From Moniliella sp. 'wahieum' (Eukaryota), in contig RSEE01000035.1 of NCBI GenBank assembly GCA_003971905.1, positions 124,001 through 188,000 of the forward strand: a stretch of 64,000 nucleotides of DNA, given 5' to 3'. Within the stretch, counting starts at the first letter, position 1; each line of letters begins with the position of its first letter. Both the position numbers and the translations under genes were made by a program. The notes under the pieces were generated by a model. That model searched no databases. It saw only the letters and a program-made list of their open reading frames with translations, and was not told the DNA's origin. Shown piece after piece: positions 23,926 through 36,300 of this stretch.

Positions 23926-26152
23926 CTACTCCTCGACCGCCTTGATCTCCTCCGGCGAAGGCGTGTAGCCACGTTGCACCACCTCCACCAGCACTGCACG
24001 CCGGACCCACTTGCGGTGGCGGGTGTACTTGCCCATACCAGGGCGAGGGGTCATGTTCTCCCAGCTGTTACCACCGTATTGCCAGCCGTCGGGATCGACC
24101 TCCACCGTGTCGGGGGCAGAGGTAGGCGCCTCGGCACCAAAGGTAGAGAGAGCCAGTTGGTTGGTAGCCGTCAGCCGCGCACGGAGCGAGTCGCTCAAGG
24201 TGCCTGCCAATGCAGCCGCCTGTCCGCCCAGACCACTCACCATGCCCCCGGCGATGGTGGAAGCTCCGTCGTCGTCCTCATTACGTGTGACGTACTGGGG
24301 CATGGCCGAAATGTACCCGGTTCCGGCAATCGTCCACTCCGAGTCGATCCACTCCCAACGGGAAAGACGTTTGACGTACAGCCCATCAGTCCCAACAGGG
24401 TTGAGTTGCAACTTGGGGTCTGGCAGGGTAAAGGAGGTCGGGGGTACGGCATTGTTTTGCTCGTCCGACCTGCAAGAAGGAACTGACGGGTCAGGATGTA
24501 CACTCAAAAGTGGAAGGCAACGTACCAGCTCGCTCGTTCTTGGGGTAACAGCGCGGCAGTCCAGTCCAACCCGACCCACCACCGCTGGTTTTCGTAAATG
24601 GAGAACTGGTAGACAACATCGCGGAGTTCTTCGATCTTCCTCCCACGCCCATGAGAAATGGACTTGAGAATGTCCTCAGGCAAGGCGGGACCAATGATCG
24701 GACTCGGCTGTTCTTGGTCGTCGAGATGGAAGGGATCCCGATCGTTTTGCTGGTCCAAAGGCTCCACCATATGAGAAGACTTTAGGGGGCCAGCCACATT
24801 GTATGCCCGCTTGACAAAATGTCATGCAGTTTGTAGTAGGTCATGTCCTTCTGCCCCAGGTAGCCTAGGGTCACTGCGCTGGCCGCGCGGCGAGTTAGAT
24901 AACGTACAAGAGCGCTGCTCCATAAGGCGTGGCGAATGAGAACAAAGACAGGGGAGCACCAGGTGAGCACCAGGGTTCCCACGATAAGGAGCACAGTCGA
25001 TACGTCCAAGCTGAAAAGAGGGAAAGGCGGGGCAAGAGGGATGGCAAACGCATCTTTCCCACGTACGGTGTGAAGTACCCGAAGGCTCACGGTACGGCTC
25101 AGAGCGATTCCCTGTCTGCTTGCAGCACGAACATAAGGGTGCACAATGGACCAGTAGTGCGTCACCGTGCCAATCACAGGTTGAGCACTTCGAACGAGCT
25201 GTTCGCCCTTCTCATACTGAGAGACCCAGTTGATCACATAGTCCGCCCCCTCCGCGGTAAGAAGGGCAATATGGCGCCAGGCCCAAGAAGATGCGAGGCA
25301 TACTGCGCCCACCGCTCCAGTACCAGCGGGGACAAAGACGAGCGCAGCCCGAGGGAGGCCGAGATGACTCCAAGGGAACACACAAGCCAAATAGAGAGGA
25401 TAGGTGACGACCAAAAACACGGCCAAGGCCAGGGTGGCTTGTGGGTCAGACCAGTCAACGGCTCGACGCAGGGGACGGATCAAGTGCGAATAGATGGTGC
25501 TAGCGAAATCCGCGAGTTCTTCCAACTGGGCAATGGTGGTGGCCAAGCTTGCGGCATTGTCCACAGTGATAATCTGGTCCTCTTGGTCCCCCTGAACAAC
25601 AACGCGTTCACTGCCCATTACGTCCCCAATCTGCTTGGAGTGGGACGCGTTGGGCAGCGGCGCCCAATGGGCTTTGAGGTAGTACCATCCGATCGATGTG
25701 AGGAGTAGGAGTTGCGGCGCGTACCGGATCAGAGGGTACGCGAACTTGCACACTGCCCACCACGCAAGGACGAGGAGCACACTCAAAGGAGCGCTATGAG
25801 GTCCAGCAGTCCATGTGGCCAAGCGAACGGCCCCATTGAGCGAAGCAATAACGGGACGAAAGGTGGATAGGAGCCTGACAACTCCAGTGGGGAGGTTGAC
25901 AACATCAAGGTCTGATAGAGGCTGGAGGTCCAGGTCGTAGCCGTCGCTCTCAGAGACGATCTCTGTATCCGTCTCGGATTCCATCTCGGCCTCGGCGCCG
26001 GCCTTGGACTCGCCCACCACATCCTCCCGGGTGGGCATGCCTGCTTCCAAGGCATCAGTAGCAGTGGTGCGTGGCAGCCGTCCCATCTTGCCACGGGCGT
26101 CAGCCTCGTTGAAAGCGTCGACAGCGCTGGGGGGGGCTCCAATGGAAGCCAT
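23926..26152 (-). CDS. Pex24/Pex30-family integral membrane peroxin with C-terminal dysferlin (DysF) domain; intron 24470-24525; frameshift near 24790
   Basis: TM/reticulon-like region (SVLLVLAWWAVCKF; VGTLVLTWCSP); YQFSIYENQRWWVGLDWTAALLPQERASW|SDE; WEWIDSEW; DPDGWQYGGNSW; KYTRHRKWVRRAVL. Confidence 0.88.
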
Positions 26153-26517
26153 GGCGGCAGGGTGGTGGTGCAGAAGGAGCAGACCCTGCGCCCGTCATCA
26201 CGATGCCGGCTGCCCCGCACGTCTTGGCCCGGTCCCCGCCCACGCAGGCCCTGGCACATGCTGAAAACCATCGGAATCGAAATGTTCAACGGCTGTGTTT
26301 GTCTACCGTGCCCCCGTTCCCACCGCGATTCTGGCCCGCAGGCTCCCACCTTCATTCCACCCACTCCGTTTGGCTCGATCCGGCCGTGCTGTAGAAGCCA
26401 TCCATCACCTGGCGATACCTATCTGTCTGGGCCAGAACTCAGGCTACAAACTCAACCATGCGCCAGAGAGAACGCCACCCCAGCCAATGTGAGGGGCAGG
26501 GTACATAGTGTTACAGG

Positions 26518-27191
26518 TTATTCCTCACCGTCTTCGCGCGGGACGAACGCAATCTCCTCGGCATCTGGCGCGACCGTTTTGCGTTTTTTGGCAGCTGGCT
26601 CTTCCGTCTCCGGGCGTGATGGGTGCTTGGCAGGGGAAGATGCGGGCACACTGGCTCCGGCCGCTTTGGCCGCCTTGGCTCGTTGCTGCGCAGCCTTGCG
26701 CTTGTCACGCTTGGCCTTGTTTTTGCTCGTCTTGTCCTCCAGGGCAGCTTGACGCGCCGCGTGCTCCTCTTCAAACGCTTTCTGCTCCTTGGTCTAGAGA
26801 CTGGCTCGTTAGTATTGCATACCGAGAAGAACAATCCGACCAGCAAAACCTGGCGAGGGCAACCCATCTACTCTCCCTGGCAAGTGATCAGTAAGACGGA
26901 ACGCACCCTGGAATCTGTCATCTCCATAATCTTGACACGTTCATACTCCCTGCGACGCGCATGCTTGTAGACATGAAAGTCCCCGCTGCCGGCGCCAGCG
27001 GAAGAGCCGGAAACGTTCTTGATAATATCCTTGGGTGGGCGGAGTGTGGGAATGCTGTTCTTGGCCGCTGGTACAGGAGCCAGTTTCTCCGGGTTCTTCA
27101 TCAACCGAGCCAGCTCGGCAGCCTGCTTTTCGGCTGCTGTCTGGGGGTGCCTGCGCACCGCTCCTTCTTCGCCTGCCTCGGTCCTGGGCAT
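26518..27191 (-). CDS. PRKR-interacting protein 1-like (DUF1168) spliceosome-associated protein; intron 26794-26906
   Basis: NVSGSSAGAGSGDFHVYKHARRREYER signature; exon 2 has EDKTSKNKAKRDKRK and stays in frame to TAA at 26518. Confidence 0.92.
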
Positions 27192-27494
27192 GGCGATGGC
27201 ACGTCGTAGCATCGCACCCTCATCAAATTGGCTGGCTGGTATTTCGAGCCGTGGTTAAATGAAGCACCCTAATTCCGCTGCGGAAGCAGCCTTCCACGTG
27301 GTGCGCCCCTCCTCACCCACATCATCAGCATCAGCTGAGTACGGTCAACGTTCAATAGTGGGTTGAGGCCTGCGCTTGCTAGGCCCACCACCAGCGTTTA
27401 CTCTGCCCAAGCGCTTCCCCATCTCGGTGCTACTTGAGCCCATCCCGAACCAGACCCTCCTCTCCTTCAACCCCTTTCTACCTCGTTTTGCATC

Positions 27495-27874
27495 ATGGCG
27501 GGCGCAAGGGACATTCGTGCTAAGAATGAACGGGTAGGTGACCCCGATCCCTGCCACCCTCTTTTGGTCCCCGGCATGCTGCGGTCCTCCCTTGCCATGC
27601 ATCGCGTACTGGATACTGACGTTCCTGTTCTCCAGAATGCCGCAACTATGCGTGCAGGCAAATCCGTTGTCCGCCCCACGCGGGCGGAGAAGAACGCGCG
27701 CAAGCCGCCCATCTCTGCCGGTCTGGTCTTCCTGCTACTGTTCGTCGTAGTAGGCGGAGGTGCGTATCCCCCTTGTCTATCTATTCCTTGCGGCCCATAC
27801 TAACCTCGTTTGATTCAGTCGTCTTTGAACTGGTTCGGTTCTTCATTCCGGATCCGCCAATGACGCGCAAGTAA
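27495..27874 (+). CDS. Ribosome-associated membrane protein RAMP4/SERP1 (Ysy6-like); introns 27534-27635 and 27760-27818
   Basis: Spliced product MAGARDIRAKNER|NAATMRAGKS...KPPISAGLVFLLLFVVVGG|VVFELVRFF...; branch sites ACTGAC and ACTAAC; family tail-anchor motif LFVVxGxxxFE. Confidence 0.88.
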
Positions 27875-28472
27875 CGCATTCAGGAGACGCGAACGGACAG
27901 AACCTACGACATTGGAACCCCACCGGCCTTCCGTTCCGGACTCTTGCCTGCGTTCTTGCTACACTTCACCTCCAGCCTCGGACCAGGAAGCGTGTCTGAC
28001 CAACTTGCCCATTCCTTACCGCATGCATGTCCTCCCTACCGATACTCGCTCCTGGGCGGGCCTGCTTGATATTCTTTGCCTTCACCTACCGAGCTAAGCT
28101 CGGAGAGGCTGCCACAAATTCTTACCCTTTGATTCTGACCCTAGCATCGAAACAACGTTGCTGAACTGCAGTAGAACCTAGCTGCCGAGTCCCAACAGTA
28201 GAAACCGAACGGAACCAAATGCCTCGCGTAGATTCTCAAAGGAAGGTAGTTGTTTACTGCGCCCAAATCAGAGCCGGAGTGAGTCGTGTGTGACAACTCG
28301 GTGGGGCCCAGGCAAGTTCGGGAAGGAAGCCGGCTACCACACCTGCACGTAGCGTTCCAAGTAGAACAACAATACTGAACGTTCATGCAGTGGCGAGATG
28401 AAAGGGAAGGGAGCAGGGGGGGGGGAAGGAGTCCATACCCAAAAAAAGGTGGGAGCAAATGCTGGGAACAAG

Positions 28473-28949
28473 TTACGCCAGGGTAAACAAGACGCCAGCC
28501 AGGCTGGCCAGGAAGGCCATGCCGAGTGCGGGGTGGAGCGAGGGTGCTGGCGAAGAGCCGACGGCCGAGGACTGGTCCTTGTTTCCACCACCAAAGTAGA
28601 CGCCCCCCTGGGTGGCCTGCACTAGCCCGGCCTGCGTGCTCCATCCGGGAATCTCGTTCGTGCCTGCCATCACGGAGCCGGCGGCAACGGAGGGTGTGCC
28701 GATCTGGGAAGAGGGGGGGGGCGTATACCCGGAAATTGTTTGCAACACGGCTTGCGTCGACGTAGGCGCCGCACCGCCACCGAGAGCCTAGGAGAGGAGT
28801 CAGTTGCTGCGGCGCAGAGCGGGCAGGCACGAGGCACTGCAGCGCGTGGGCTGGCGCGGCTGGAGAAAAAGACATACCTGGGCGGAGACGGAAACAGCGA
28901 GGAGCAAGACTGATGCCGCAAAGGCAAGAAGAATGGACCGACCAAACAT
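28473..28949 (-). CDS. Small secreted, probably GPI-anchored protein (128 aa); intron 28788-28877
   Basis: Signal peptide MFGRSILLAFAASVLLLAVSVSAQ; GTATGT...ACTGAC...TAG intron joins in frame; S/T/G-rich body; C-terminal SSA...MAFLASLAGVLFTLA*. Confidence 0.8.
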
Positions 28950-30284
28950 GGGTATGAGGGGGTGCGGGCGGTGGACGGAGGGCAAAGAGGAGGAGTGGTG
29001 GTGGTGTGGGAGGGGGCAGAGGCTACCAGGGCCGAGTGGTGGGCATGGCGGAGCGAGACAGGGACGGCGGCAGTCTGCCACCCAGCCACGGCCGAGCAAA
29101 GACGGGGGGCAGGCACGGCGCCTGTCGCGCGCGGCGGCGTGGCGGTCAGGGTGTCGGTGGTCAGCATCACCGCTCCGATGCGGCGCTGCCCAGCCGCCGC
29201 GCCGTCGCCTGCATGGCACAGCAGCGCAGCGCGCACCGCCACGACGCCGACGCACAGGGCGGACACCGGTGGGCTGCAGCGGCCCAGGCGGCGATCTACG
29301 TCTCATTTCGATCGCCACCCTGACGCGAGCACCGCAGCGTTTCTTCATCACACAGTGCGCCTGTGCCCCCGGCCCCAGAGCCACGCAGAGCCCGGCCTCC
29401 GTGCAGCAGCAGTTCAATCTACTGTGCTGCGAGCTGCACTCTGCTGCCCCCGGTTATACTGCCCCCGTTCAGCGCGCGATGGAGGGGGCACGGGGCCACA
29501 GCATGCCGCAGCCACGATGCATAGCCGATTGAAGCGTTGAACGTTGAACGTTGAAGTTGAAATGTGAAGGTGCGTTGAAGCGTGCATGCGCTGCACGTTG
29601 GTGCATGATGCATGATGAGTGGCGGATACATTTCAACTTTCAATATTGGCCACAACTTGCTCGGGCCGTCGAACTGCCGCACGTGAGGGCTGGCTTGGTT
29701 GGGTGGGCTGGCATGGCGAAGCGGCTGGCGCTTGCTTCTGGCTCGGCTGTGGCGGCCTCCAGGTTATCGTCAGGCGTCAGGGAAACACGCCAACCACCCA
29801 ATCGCTGGATCCGTCGCATTGCAAGTCCAACGGTAGTGGCCACACGTCACTAGCTTCACTGCTCTTCCGTCTTCCATTCATCACCATCCGCCTCTTCGGC
29901 TCCACTCGCGCGTGGCAGCGCGGTGTGGCTGCGCCACTATGCGCCATCTCTCGAGCGCACGCATGGCCGTCACTGGTCACATATCACCCTCAGGTTAGGA
30001 CGTGGAGGCAGCGACGGGGCGGATTTGGATGTTGTATTACGTCATCTTGATTTTGTTCCGGGCCTTGGAGGAGGGAAAAACTTCTTCAGATGCCTGCTTC
30101 TCAACTTCTTGTCTACCACCACCCCTCCCACCCACGCAAGAACACTTGTCCCTCGTTGGTCTCTGGCTGTGGCACCGCCCGCTTCCTATGTCTTTTCCAT
30201 CCCGACTGGTCCTCTGTTGGCACCTTCGTCTTGTTTTCGTTTGCTCTCTTGCTGGGTAAGTTATACTCTCTTGTCCTCATCCTT

Positions 30285-30402
30285 TCAGGATGACAAAAGG
30301 CTATACGCCTGACTTCTAACCCAGCTCTTCGCACGCCTGATTCCTCTCCTCGGAGAGTTGAGTCGGCTATGAGAACAATAGTTACCTCACTGAGCTTTCT
30401 GA
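30285..30402 (+). ncRNA. Candidate intronic box C/D snoRNA
   Basis: Inside a 187-nt GTAAGT...GCTGAC...CAG intron (30256-30442): C-like AGGATGA (30287), CTGA (30337), hairpin CTCTCC-TC-GGAGAG, C'-like CTATGA (30367), CTGA (30390); AACCCAGCTC and ATAGTTAC are complementary to conserved LSU rRNA segments. Confidence 0.4.
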
Positions 30403-31435
30403 TTCATGACTTCGAATTGGTTGCTGACCCTCAACTCTTCAGATTGTTTCCTGCTGCTGCCATACTATCTCTCGGAGGGCAACCTCGAACATCATCCGGC
30501 AACCACAAGAACCCGCGCTCCGGGTCATATCCATCTATTTCTACCATTTACAGGCGTTCCTGGACTTTTTTTCCCCCCGGTACGTCTCCTTTCCGATTAA
30601 CCCCTCTGGTGTCCTGTCAATGCATTCCTACACCCATCAGCTCCTAGCCCATCCCATTAGTTCTTTTTCACCAGGCTTCCACTGTACGAGCTGGAACTCA
30701 TAGTAGTGAAGTGTTCTTTTGCCAACGTCCTTATCGGTCCTACTCTCCCGAATCAATGGCCGCGATGCTGAGACTGGCAAGGCCGCGGGGAGAGGGCACA
30801 TGAGAAGGACTCCTGCATCGACAATGAGAATCGGGTCCGGGAACGGCAGAGGGCGAGGGAGACCTCAACGGCGCGTTACATGAATTGGCAAGCCGGGCCA
30901 TCCGAGAGCGGACAATGGGTGAAAAGCTCCCGCCGGTCTCTCTGACGAAACGATGTGCCGACGGTGAACCTCGGTTCCCTAAGATCCATTGGACCACAGA
31001 CCCTCAGAAGGCATTAGGAGGCATCAGGAGGCCTGGGGTGAGGATACCGGCGGCATGATCTCCAGACGATGCGGCTGGAGCGGCTGCGGAGCCAGTAGGT
31101 AGTCCCTTTCCCTCAAGTATTAGGCCTTAGGCCTTAGGCCGTCATGGACGCCTTGCCTCTGGCCGATGTGATGATTCATCACTGCTGCTACCATGTTCGA
31201 AGCGCCGTGGTGAAAGTTTCATGCGTGGGCCGGCTGGCGAGAAGAGCCGCGGGCCCACTGGGGAGGCACACGGGCAGTGGGGCGCCAGTTCGACCGACGG
31301 CCTGTCGCGAAATTTGAAGTGGGAAGGGTTCCGTGCACGGCAAGTCGCCGTCGTTTAGCGCTGAGCCTGCTATAATACTGCCCGACTCGCCTCTTATCAT
31401 CTTCCCCACCCCGTCCCCCCTGCTCCCCACGCGCC

Positions 31436-32990
31436 ATGCCTGTCGACGCTGCCACGGCCCTTGCCACCGTTGCCCGCCCCACCCTCTTCATTGATGGGCA
31501 GTGGCGCCACGCTGCCGATGGCGCCCTCCGCCCCACCATCAACCCGTACGACCGCTCGGTCATCCAGCAGCTCGACGAGGCTGCCCCCCAAGATGCCGCT
31601 GACGCTGTCGCGGCTGCCCGTCGGTTCTTTTCCACCTCGCCGTGGGCGGACCACACCAAAACGTCGTTTTCAGCACGTGCCAAAAGTCTGCTTGCCATTG
31701 CTGATCTGTTGCAAAAGTACAAGGAGGAGCTGGCAACGATCGAGACGATTGATACGGGCAAGACATTTGAGGAGAGTAAGATTGACATTGACGATGTGAC
31801 TACTGTCTGCCGCTTCTATGCCAAGGAGGCTCTCAAATACGACTCGCCTCGCACCATCAAGGACGATGCCATCCCCGAATCGGTCGTGACGACTGTCAAT
31901 GCTGAACCGGGGGGGTGTGCGTGCTGATCATGCCGTGGAACTACCCCATTCTGCAATTCTTCTGGAAACTGGCTCCCGCCTTGTCGCTGGCAACGCGGTG
32001 ATCATCAAGCCTAGTGAGGTCACGCCCCTCTCGACTGTCTATGTGGTGCGCAAGATTCTGCTCGACCCCAGTGTTGGGATCCCGTCAGGCGCATTCCAGC
32101 TTCTGACCGCTGGCGGGGCTCGCGTGGGTCCTACCATGACAGAGAGCCCCGATGTGGATCTGGTGAGCTTCACAGGTGGCCTGACGACAGGCCGGCGGAT
32201 CATTCAGTCGTGCGCTGGGACCGTCAAGAAGACCTTGGTCGAGCTGGGTGGAAAGAACCCGAATGTGGTGTTTGCGGATGTGGATCTTGATTGGGCCGCC
32301 GATGTGGTGGCAACGGGTGTGTTCTTGCACTCGGGTCAAGTGTGCAGCTCGGGTGCGCGCTTGATTGTGGATGAGACGATCGCAGATGCGTTGTTGGAGA
32401 AGGTGATTGAAAAGGCACGCAACGTCCGGATGGGGTCGGGTTTGGACCCCAAATCAGAGACGGGGCCGTTGGTTAGCGCTGAACACCTCGAGAAGATTAA
32501 GGCGTACGTCGAACTGGGCAAGTCCGAAGGGGCCAAGCTTCTGGTTGGCGGCACGCAACCTGACCCCAAGAAGTTCCCCGACTTGGCCAAGGGCAACTTC
32601 TTCCTCCCTACCATCTTTGACGCTTGCAATGGCAAGATGCGCATTGTCCAAGAGGAAACGTTTGGCCCCATTCTCACTGTCGAGCGCTTCCCCCACAACG
32701 ATGAGGCAGAGGCAATCCGCCTGGCCAATGACACGCCGTTTGGCTTGGCTGCGGGTGTTCAGTCGAAGGATCGGGCGCGTGCTGAGCGTGTCGCCAAGAA
32801 GATCCGTGCAGGCACGACGTGGATCAACACCTACGGCCCCTACACCGCTGCTGCTGAGTGGGGTGGATATGGCATGTCGGGTACAGGACGCGAGTTGGGC
32901 GAGGAGGGGCTGCGTGAGTACCTTTCGGTTAAAACGACCTTTGTCGAGTCGAAGCCTGCCCCTCCCGGCTGGTTCACATCTAAGCTCTGA
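31436..32990 (+). CDS. Aldehyde dehydrogenase, GbsA-type betaine-aldehyde dehydrogenase-like; intronless; frameshifts near 31910 and 31980
   Basis: LFIDGQW, ETIDTGKTFEESKIDIDDV, PWNYP (third frame), KPSEVTPL, SFTGG, catalytic VELGGKNP and SGQVCSSG, EETFGP, EWGGYGMSGTGRELG, PAPPGWF; TATAATA at 31371. Confidence 0.9.
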
Positions 32991-33301
32991 GTACTTGATC
33001 GGGCCACTGCGTGTGCAGTTCTGTTGTTCCTACCCCTTCCTCCCACCTGTCACATCTTTATCTTCTGTTGTCCACCACGACTGCTGTGCTATACCACGTC
33101 TTTCTCTGCCTGTTGCATGCCCCGTTGGTATATATAGATCGTATAACCGCTAGGAGGTGAAACTAGTTCGGGCCAAGACTGGAACGAGGGTGCGGGATCA
33201 TTTAGATATGCAGATGAGATCGATGAGATCCTTTAGATGGTGCAATACCGCAAACGTGGCAAACCTTGAATATCGAGATGCGGACGAAGAGATGCGGACG
33301 A

Positions 33302-36300
33302 TCAGGGGGAGAGAAAACGCCCAGCCCTACTTACGAGCCTGGGGGGCGACTTTTCCTCTTCCCCCCAGAAGAGATGCAAGACGTGTGCGAGTGGTGGTTG
33401 AGTCCAAGCGCTTTCCTCGGCGGTTGGACGTTTAGGTGACTCGCCCGAAGGCTCCTTTCCACTCGGGGGCACAGGCGTGCCGTTGGAGGGGAACGAAACT
33501 GTGGTTCCTCCTGTTGCCCCCACTGTGGCCAACGCCGGGGACGGAGTGGAGTGAGAGTGGGCCAGCTGTGCACCAGGGGAGAAGGAGGACGAGGGCGACG
33601 CGGAACCAAAAAGATTGGAGTGTGGGTCTGGCAAGGGGACCAGTGGCGCTGACTTGTGAGAAGCAGATCGGCTCAAAGTCAAGCCAAGTCGGGATCCTGC
33701 AGAGTGGAAAGAGGCAGGGGGATGAGATGATCCCAACAACGGAGCGATCACAGGAGCCAAACGTGCTGACGCCCCATTGACAAATCCATGAGACGATTTC
33801 CTCGAGTTCTCACGAGATGAAGGGTTCGGGCCCATCTCGGGAGGCGATGGGCCTGCCTCCTCATCGGCTTCACGAAGCGATATGTGACTTGAAGCGGGTG
33901 AGTTGAAAAGTTCGGTCTGGTCCGAAAATAGCAGGCCCACCTCTTGCTCGCCCTGTGGGGAAGAACCTTCAGGGGTAGAGGGGCGGGCGGATGAGTCAGT
34001 GGTGGATAGGGAACCAACGAGTACCACAGGGGGTTGCTGGTTGACAACGTGCGGGGGGAATTTTGGGGAGAAAGAAGAGCTTGATCCAACCATTGCTCAT
34101 TGTATTCACCCTCGTCATCGAGAATGGTCATGCGGGCATCCTTATCGGACGGTTCCCGATCAATTGTCTTTTGTAGGCGTCCCGCCTGGGAACGAGTCTT
34201 GTCTAGCATGGCTAACTTGGCCGAGATCTTGGTGGGTCGTTGAGTGAGGAATCCTCGTAAGAGAGTAGTTCGCTGGTTCCAGGCAGCACGGAAGAGCTCT
34301 GCGAAGCAAAACCAAGGTCAGAAAAAAGTACGTGCGTAAAGAAAGAAGGACATACTCCGTTTGTAGTGATTGACCAGATCTTCATACGACCAAGTCTGGT
34401 TGTGGTATTCAAATTCGGGTGACTTGACCACGACGTCGTACAAGTCAGTGATCGATTTGTCCTTAGCACCCTTGAACGAAAGGCAAAACACGGTTTGAGG
34501 AATCCGCACCAGGATGAACGTTCGGTTCATGGCGGCTCGTTGGCGCATCTCAAGGGCGTTCCGTAGAGCAATCGCACGGCCCTCATCCTGAACCGAAATA
34601 CCAAACTGGGACACCACGTCGTTCCGCTCCGACACAGGCAATCGATTCATTGTCGCTGATCGAATCACGGTGGGAGGAAGGCTTGCTGTAGGGCCGAGCG
34701 AGTATGCTCTTGCGGCGGGTGAGTAGCGGTGTTGGAGATTGGGCCTGGACAGGCACGCCATGGGTCGAATCCGACATCGGGATCGATGTTCCTGATCCGG
34801 CAACACTCTCATTATCCGTATGAGTAATAGGGGAGAAACGGTCTCCGCCAGCAAGCGCAGTGTTGGTTGTCTTTCTTCCATCACCTTCAGGAACGGCAAG
34901 AGTCAACGTATCCACCGAAGCCTTGGCGCGAGGCAAATTAACCTTTAGCAACGATTGCGACTGTGTGCGCAGTGGGGCGTGAAGTGATGAGAGGGATGGG
35001 CCCGCTCCTAGCTTGCGCTTGTTGTCCAAGTTTCCACTCCGCGACACACCACTTGCAGAGGGAGAGGGAGTTGAGGGCCCCATGGTCGTAGCTCTGCGTT
35101 TGACCCCGTTGGGAATGGGAAGGAGATTTTGAGATTGGGATTGGGCGGGGCCTGAGCCATTGCCCTTGCCAAAAATGTAGCCCATGATCTCCCTTCCCAC
35201 CGCAATCTCGAGCTGCACGCGAAGCGGGTGCAGCTTGAGCTCGAACTGCTGGATTAGCGAAATCCCACCCACGGGTGCAAGAACGGCCCATGTCACATCC
35301 AAAAAGCGACGCTGCTCCACCATCCAGTTGCCCTGTTGGTTCTTGGTATATTTGGAGATCATGTTACCGAAAAGAGCGTCAGGGCGATTGTTCCGAGCGT
35401 GAAGGCTGTCAACCACCAACCGGTTCAGTGCTGAGTTGTCCGCCTTATTGAGCCACTGGAAATGAACCCCACGGATACGGACATCGGCGATGGACTGAGT
35501 GGAGCCAGCGATCATCATTGCCCATCCCACCTCGCCTGCCTCAGCTTCCAACAGTAGTGCTGACCGCTTCTCCTTGTCCGACCCAGAGCGACGGTCTTGA
35601 GCAATGGAGATGGCTGCATTGAACAAGCCAAGTTCGCGATGTAATTCAACCATGTAGCGGTACGAGCTGATCGCCCCCATATAATGCTCTTGGGTGGGTG
35701 TTGCGCTGTACATCGCCTCGGCAAAGCTGCACTCACGCTGAGCGTGATGGATGCGATTTTGAAGCGTCTCGACAATGTCGGCCAACTCCTCAGGGTCATG
35801 AAAGTTGTAGGCGAAGAGAATGGTCTCCAGTTGCTTGGTCTGCGCCTTGAACGCTGGGTCACGGTAGAGAACGAGACCGGTAATGACACTGTATAACGCC
35901 GCAAATTGTTCATGGTTGGCACTGATGGAGAAGTGGGGACAGTGGATGCGAACAAGGTCCATGTTGTAACGCAAATGATCTTGGTCAGCAGGTAGCTTGT
36001 CCAGGTCGGCGCATGGCTTCGAAGCATCTTGAAGTCGAAGCTTGTTGAACTTGTCGTATTGCAAGCTGCAATTCGTCCGTGGAATGATGGGCTCGAGCCC
36101 ACTTACACCCTTTTCGCCGCTCAACAGCTGTTCGAACTGAAGGCCGAGCTTATATCGTGGAGGAGGATGCCAGCATTGCATCTGGTCGAATACGATCATG
36201 TTGCGATGCATGACCTGTTGGTTGATATCATCGTCAACAAAGTCGTAGTCGCGAACGGTGTAGTTGTGCAGTCGGGCACGGGTGGCGCTCAGCACCACGC

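Noticed and set aside
30315..30323. CTAACCC as a telomerase RNA template
   Set aside because: Only 7 nt, too short for a 1.5-repeat template; better explained as part of the rRNA-complementary tract.
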